Positions 60,290 to 64,000 of a stretch of DNA of 64,000 bases are shown here, piece by piece. The notes under the pieces are model-generated. The model did no database searches. It had not been told where the DNA came from and saw only the letters and a list, made by a program, of their open reading frames with translations. The position numbers and the translations under genes were made by a program. Position 1 is the first letter of the stretch; every line of letters begins with the position of its first letter. Origin of the DNA: Daphnia carinata (taxonomy: Eukaryota); NCBI RefSeq assembly GCF_022539665.2, contig NC_081332.1, forward strand, positions 6,014,001-6,078,000, given 5' to 3'.

Positions 60290-62923
60290 CTACCGAGCGC
60301 TATTGTTAACGAAGAAATTGTTTCGTTCTGCGAGTCGGCGATTGCTGGATTCACTGTCGTTATCTTTTGCATCGTCATCAGTAAAGACTATCTGGTTGCT
60401 GCGCCTGAACACGATGTATTTCCTGAGGTAGGTTTCGCACGAAATCGTTTGCCTATATTCTTTGTTCTGTATCTTGTTGTTCATGGTGGACTGAACACCG
60501 TTCTCTCCTCTCAAAATCCCCTCCAGGTCCCGAATGTTCTTGTCATCCGGCAACAAGCCATCACACGCACTGATTAAATACTCTTCTTCCATTTTCTGAC
60601 ACAAGGCTTGAATGAAATAGGTTCCTTGTATCGCGTCAGAAATAAGACACGAGAATATATATAGGAATGATTGATTCTATCATTCATGAGAATCATCTAT
60701 ATAACACTTACCAGTACAAGCATTCCGTAACGAAACGAACCCCGGAATAGTTGATTTGATGGTCATAAAATCCATGATAGGTGGATTCCGATTGAGCTTG
60801 TCTTCTGTGACGTTGAAGGATTTAAAGCAATTTGATATGTATTTGATGACAGCGGATGCAGGACTCAGCAGCACGGTGGATTCTTTGTTTCCTTCTGCAC
60901 TGTCTATAAATAATAAATAAATATATATTGTTATCCTAAATACATCACTAGATTTAAATACTAGCTACGACAAATTGCATTCCCGTCCTTAACTGTATTA
61001 CGATGAATATGCAAAATACCTGATCCTGGGAAGGTTAATGGTACGACCTGTGTTTGACTCTGTTCCAGATCTCCTTGGCAAGCTTGTACGATGAAGATTT
61101 TTGGTTTGCCGTACAGGCTCGGACAAAAGTTATAAGAAAACTTGTACTTGAGCTTGTTAATGTTGACGTAATGCCCGTCAAAGCCGGCAATAGCGTTCTC
61201 TATGCCGTGGGACAAGAGGCAAACGACTAGGCAGCCATATTGCGAGAAATCTCTAGCTGCCAGTTTTTCCATTTCGCCTTTGATATCATACGACATTAAA
61301 TCGTGATGAACGACAACATCAAAACCCAATTTCAAGAAAATGCATTTTAAGTTTGTCCAATCATGTTCACTTCCAGCCCGATGTGGAAGCTATGGTAAAA
61401 AAAAATTAGATATTTTAAATTCGTCGTTCAAGATGAAAGTGAATTATGAAAGGCCAATTTATTTACCGCGGAGAAATATTCCTGGTTAAAAATAACACAA
61501 AGGCCTGGCTTATTAGAATCGTATATCGGATAGTGTTCCTTGAGTGGTGGTCGAAAATATTCATGGTCGAGTACTTGCGAAAGGCTTGGCCGCTGTTTTT
61601 CATCGAACTGGATCATTTGCTTCATCAAAGCTATAGCAGTTTCATTCTGTAGTCCTGATGGCTGCCATTTTTCTTTGTACACAAAGTATTTCGAATTGCG
61701 AATGTTCATGAGGCGTGCGCCTTCACCATCACCAAACGGATGGGTCGGCCTGGCATCCCCATCGTCTGTTCCAGTCAAGATGTAGTAATAGAAACAGCCG
61801 AGAATAAACACATCCAAGGACTGATGAAGTGGCTGATTCTTGCGTCGGCTCTCCGGGGATTCCCACCCTTCCGACGCAACAGTTCCAGACAAATCCTTAT
61901 CCGGATCAAGCATTCTGCTCAACCGGAAATCTGTTATTTTGATTGCGTAACGAATCGAGCCATTGCCCGACCGGACTTCCTTCACAAGGAAACTGCTCGG
62001 CTTTACGTTACGATGGACAAAATGATTTTGATGAAGGTAGTCAAGTCCCCTGGTTGCCTGGAATAAGATTCCTTTTACCGTTAGGGATGATAAAATGGCC
62101 GTTTTCAACGGAACATTTACGGACTTTTGTTCAAAGATATCAGCAATAGAGCACAAGCACAGCTCTGTGGCAATATACCTATGTAAGAAATTGGGGTTTA
62201 CCATCAGCAATAGAAATAAAAGAAACGTATTTGCCTTACACAAAATCGTTTGTTTCATCCGTTTCATAGCAGAAATAGCGAATAAAGTTTTCGTGAATAT
62301 TCAATTCACGTAGAATACGAAATTCACGTTCAATTTTAGACAACAAATCTTCCCTGATTAGTTTTTTCTCGATGGCTACTGGAATGTCGTACTCGTGAAA
62401 ACCTTGGAAAATTCGACGTCGATTGGACGATGTTTGTCTTGGAGAGTTCAAAAATATTTTGGGCTCGCACTTCCGGAGTCCTTCATTGTTCACCAACCAC
62501 TTGCAGTCGTAGCTCAGTTTGCCACGATTTCGTACCCAAGCTCTACCTGTAAACTCCACCATTTTGGGACGTACGTATTATGTATTATTAGCAATGTAAT
62601 GTCGTATTGTCTGTTAGTTAATTGGGGTGACCTACCTTTAAACCTATCACTTTTGGAAACCACACCCAGTGATTTAGCTCTCCGAATCGCCTCTCGAATT
62701 TTGCTAAACGTTTAAGTTCACACCAAGTGCATAGAGCATCAAAATATAGCCTATTTAAAAGACTTAATTTGCTTCTTATATACCTGTAAACATCATTGTT
62801 GGTGTTAAGAGAAATCCTGATTTGACAAGAAGTTGGCTCATCTTGCTCTGGTAATCCGTCTTCAGCCAGTCCAGCACTGGATGAACCATCACCACCATTT
62901 TCCTGACGATTATCTGGTTTCAT
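60290..62923 (-). CDS. IRE1-like pseudokinase fused to a caspase (peptidase C14), copy C, apparently intact, 731 aa
   Basis: Exons 62923-62644, 62546-62240, 62178-61467, 61389-61020, 60903-60712, 60624-60290 total 2196 nt, GT-AG, phases consistent. Kinase: VAIEK, HENFIRYFCYE, YIATELC, GLDYLH, HRNVKPSSFL, KITDFRLSR, GWESPE, DVFILGCFYYYILTG, HPFGD. Caspase: PGLCVIFNQ, HRAGSEHD, LGFDV, CLLSHG, CPSLYGKPKIFIVQACQG, DFMTIKSTIPGFVSLRN, GTYFIQALC, RQT, YLRKYIVF. Confidence 0.9.
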
Positions 62924-63369
62924 TTTAGTTCCCTAAGATTGAAACACTCGAAGATGGGCTGATATTAACTAACAGCGACAGAGACATTTTGCTAAACTAT
63001 CGCTAAGTAATGCAACAAGAAAATGATTGAGCGGTCATTGAAAAAACTCTAAAGCGAATGAGCTTATCACAGCGTCCATGGAGATAGCGCGGAAATAAAA
63101 CGGATTTTAAATATCTGGTCTTATCACAAGTGTGACGAAATAATTGTGGTGATGCAAGTAGTTTGAAATGTAGCTCGCAAAGCAAAATAACAATTCAAAA
63201 TGTTTAATTGCATACAACTAGGGCATAAAAGAAAATGTAATGAACCGAGTTTTTCGCTTGTGTTTCCAACTATCGAAACGGCAAGCCAATCTATATTTTC
63301 TGTTCTTACGTTTCGCTGAAAGCTTCATGTTTTCTTAAATGACCGACGATAAAATGATTTTGAAAAAAC

Positions 63370-63650
63370 AAGAAATTGAAGTTAGGAATCAAATGGAACA
63401 AATATCCATTGTATCTTTGCCCACTTTGCCGGCTTTCGATTGTGTCCCTCTTGGTATCGAAATGGAACGCCGGATGGATCGGATAATGGATCGTAGGAAG
63501 ATACTGGGGAAAGGTGCCACGAGCAGATCAACTTTAGGTTTCTTTTGAAATTAAAAAGAGCAATCACGAGGACAGCAGGGATGCGCTAATAATATTTTGC
63601 GACAGTACTAATTTCTAAACAGCAGGCAAAGAATAAGGCTATTTATAGTC
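63370..63650 (+). repeat. Diverged remnant of the TNFR-like gene 3' end
   Basis: GGAATCAAATGGAAC...CCCACTTTGCC...ATCGAAATGGAAC..CGGATGGATCGGATAATG...GGACAGCAGGGATGCGCTAATAAT resembles 39175-39440. Confidence 0.75.
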
Positions 63651-63785
63651 TATTAAATGTCACTACGTAACCCTCATAGTAAAAAGATAATGGAAAACAT
63701 AATTTTAGTGCTATACAATGGATATTTCACATTTGTTCTAATATGCTGCCAGTTAACCCAACCCGTTGTTATTTAACGTGCATTG

Positions 63786-64000
63786 TAGTTCACAAATAGG
63801 CTACTGTATTGCGAATTTCTATTTAATGCTTGATGCTTAGCGCTCTTGATGCATAGCATTTAACTTGAAACCGTTGTTAAGAAATTGAAACCTATTTTCA
63901 GGTGAGAAATGGGCTGTGAGTTAATCACGGGTCAAATTAAGTTTACAGATAAAAGTACTGCTGTTATGATAACGCCCAGTCGACTCACGTCACGAAAATA
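63786..64000. repeat. Start of the next ~4-kb tandem unit (3' flank of a further pseudokinase-caspase copy)
   Basis: Near-identical to 59755-59964, which lies just downstream of copy C. Confidence 0.85.

Noticed and set aside
62751..62783. Possible 33-nt intron in exon 1 of copy C
   Set aside because: Too short, in frame without stops, and copy B lacks the AG; treated as coding.
60290..62923. Canonical IRE1 or RNase L ortholog
   Set aside because: No luminal domain, TM helix, ankyrin repeats or KEN RNase; kinase motifs are degenerate and a caspase follows.

Overview
Compact, AT-rich eukaryotic genomic window with many 60-80 nt GT-AG introns and arthropod-type genes; most consistent with a branchiopod crustacean such as Daphnia (inferred, not verified). 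1-37 kb: two blocks of a palindromic ~680-bp repeat bracket a lipocalin gene and a membrane-anchored AA15 LPMO gene. These are followed by beta-adaptin (AP-1/AP-2), a C2H2 zinc-finger gene, neurofibromin NF1 (two in-frame stops and a frameshift near its 3' end), a DGAT2/MOGAT gene and an NRF-6-like acyltransferase. 37.5-64 kb is a rearranged, probably immune/cell-death locus. A TNF-receptor-like single-pass gene faces a tandem array of genes that fuse an IRE1-type pseudokinase to a caspase with intact catalytic motifs. One copy looks intact (60290-62923, 731 aa), two are disrupted, one is a 5' fragment, and another copy probably begins at the window end. The array is interrupted by a hAT-type element containing a ~2.2-kb palindrome, a ~6.6-kb foldback element, and a truncated element with tandem tRNA-like modules. 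All calls come from manual translation and motif recognition; no searches were run.
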